Assembly (NCBI GenBank): GCA_033442325.1 | Contig: JAWQFM010000001.1 | Location: 542,410-606,409, forward strand | Source of the DNA: Salpingoeca rosetta | Taxonomy: Eukaryota > Protista > Choanoflagellata | Length of the DNA stretch: 64,000 bases | Reading direction: 5' to 3' | Shown here: positions 63,564 through 64,000 of the stretch, piece by piece | How positions within the stretch are numbered: the first letter of the stretch is position 1 | Layout: each line of letters starts with the position of its first letter | The notes under the pieces: model-generated | The model's input: only the letters and a program-made list of their open reading frames with translations | Database searches by the model: none | What the model was told of the DNA's origin: nothing | Program-made: the position numbers and the translations under genes

Positions 63564-64000
63564 TCAGCTGGCGAAGATGTTCTTGGTAAAGTGGCTGTAG
63601 TCGAGGGCACCCGCAACCTCCCTGCCGCTCTCGTCCACATATGCGGGCATGTGGCGCGTGCAGTAGTCCACTTGGTCGGGCGTGAGCACGGAAGAGAGGT
63701 CGTCCACAGTCACATACGGCTTGCTGCCCGCGGCGGCCCGGAACGCGTTGATCACCTCGTTGGACGACTCCACGTTCTCCGTCGCGCGGCTGATCATAAA
63801 CGCCATAAACTCCGCCTGCGACACGCGCCCGTCCATGTTCGGGTCAACCGTGCGCAGAATCGCCTCAAACTCAGGGTCAGCCTCGCCCTCCTCAACAACC
63901 TCCAGCGTGGAGTAGCCGAGACTGCGCAGGCACGACTTGAACTCCTGATGGTCAAGGAAGCCAGACCCGTCCTTGTCAAAGTAGCGGAAGGTGTCTGTAA
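63564..64000 (-). CDS. SPTAN1: Alpha-spectrin, 3' end (EF-hand / calmodulin-like domain); gene continues beyond the window
   Basis: FRYFDKDGSGFLDHQEFKSCLRSLGY..VEEGEADPEFEAILRTVDPNMDGRVSQAEFMAFMISRATENVESS..KPYVT..DYC..M.AYVD..ALDY..FTKNIFAS* matches the alphaII-spectrin C-terminus rather than alpha-actinin. Confidence 0.93.
   Translation of the reverse strand, partial: TDTFRYFDKDGSGFLDHQEFKSCLRSLGYSTLEVVEEGEADPEFEAILRTVDPNMDGRVSQAEFMAFMISRATENVESSNEVINAFRAAAGSKPYVTVDDLSSVLTPDQVDYCTRHMPAYVDESGREVAGALDYSHFTKNIFAS

Noticed and set aside
63564-64000. Alpha-actinin or calmodulin identity for the EF-hand ORF
   Set aside because: HQEFKSCLRSLGY, DPEFEAIL and MAFMISRxTENV are alpha-spectrin signatures.
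1-64000. tRNA, rRNA, CRISPR or prokaryotic systems
   Set aside because: None recognisable; the window is spliced eukaryotic DNA. Small ncRNAs cannot be excluded without covariance-model searches.

Overview
Eukaryotic genomic DNA with GC-rich exons, short introns packed with (CA)n/(TG)n microsatellites, and four 100-N gaps. Gene content and style suggest a choanoflagellate such as Salpingoeca rosetta (inference). I spliced the genes by hand; all introns used are GT-AG and phase-consistent. In order: (1) a 9-exon, ~2785-aa coiled-coil gene (-) with a CENP-F-like N-terminus and a C-terminal CNNQ CaaX box; (2) a head-to-head beta-heavy spectrin (+, ~4564 aa, with one 11.6-kb exon); (3) UBA5 (-); (4, 5) two tandem latrophilin-like adhesion GPCRs with IPT/TIG-repeat ectodomains and patchwork near-identity; (6) a 5'-truncated CRE-clade RLE non-LTR retrotransposon; (7) THADA/Trm732 (-); (8) the 3' end of alpha-spectrin (-). 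Best leads: a candidate pre-metazoan CENP-F module (CDE/CHR promoter element, D-box and farnesylation motif); the mosaic fibrocystin-like aGPCR pair; TG-5'/CA-3' polarity in introns; and a TGACGT cluster upstream of UBA5. All homology calls rest on recalled family motifs, not on database searches.
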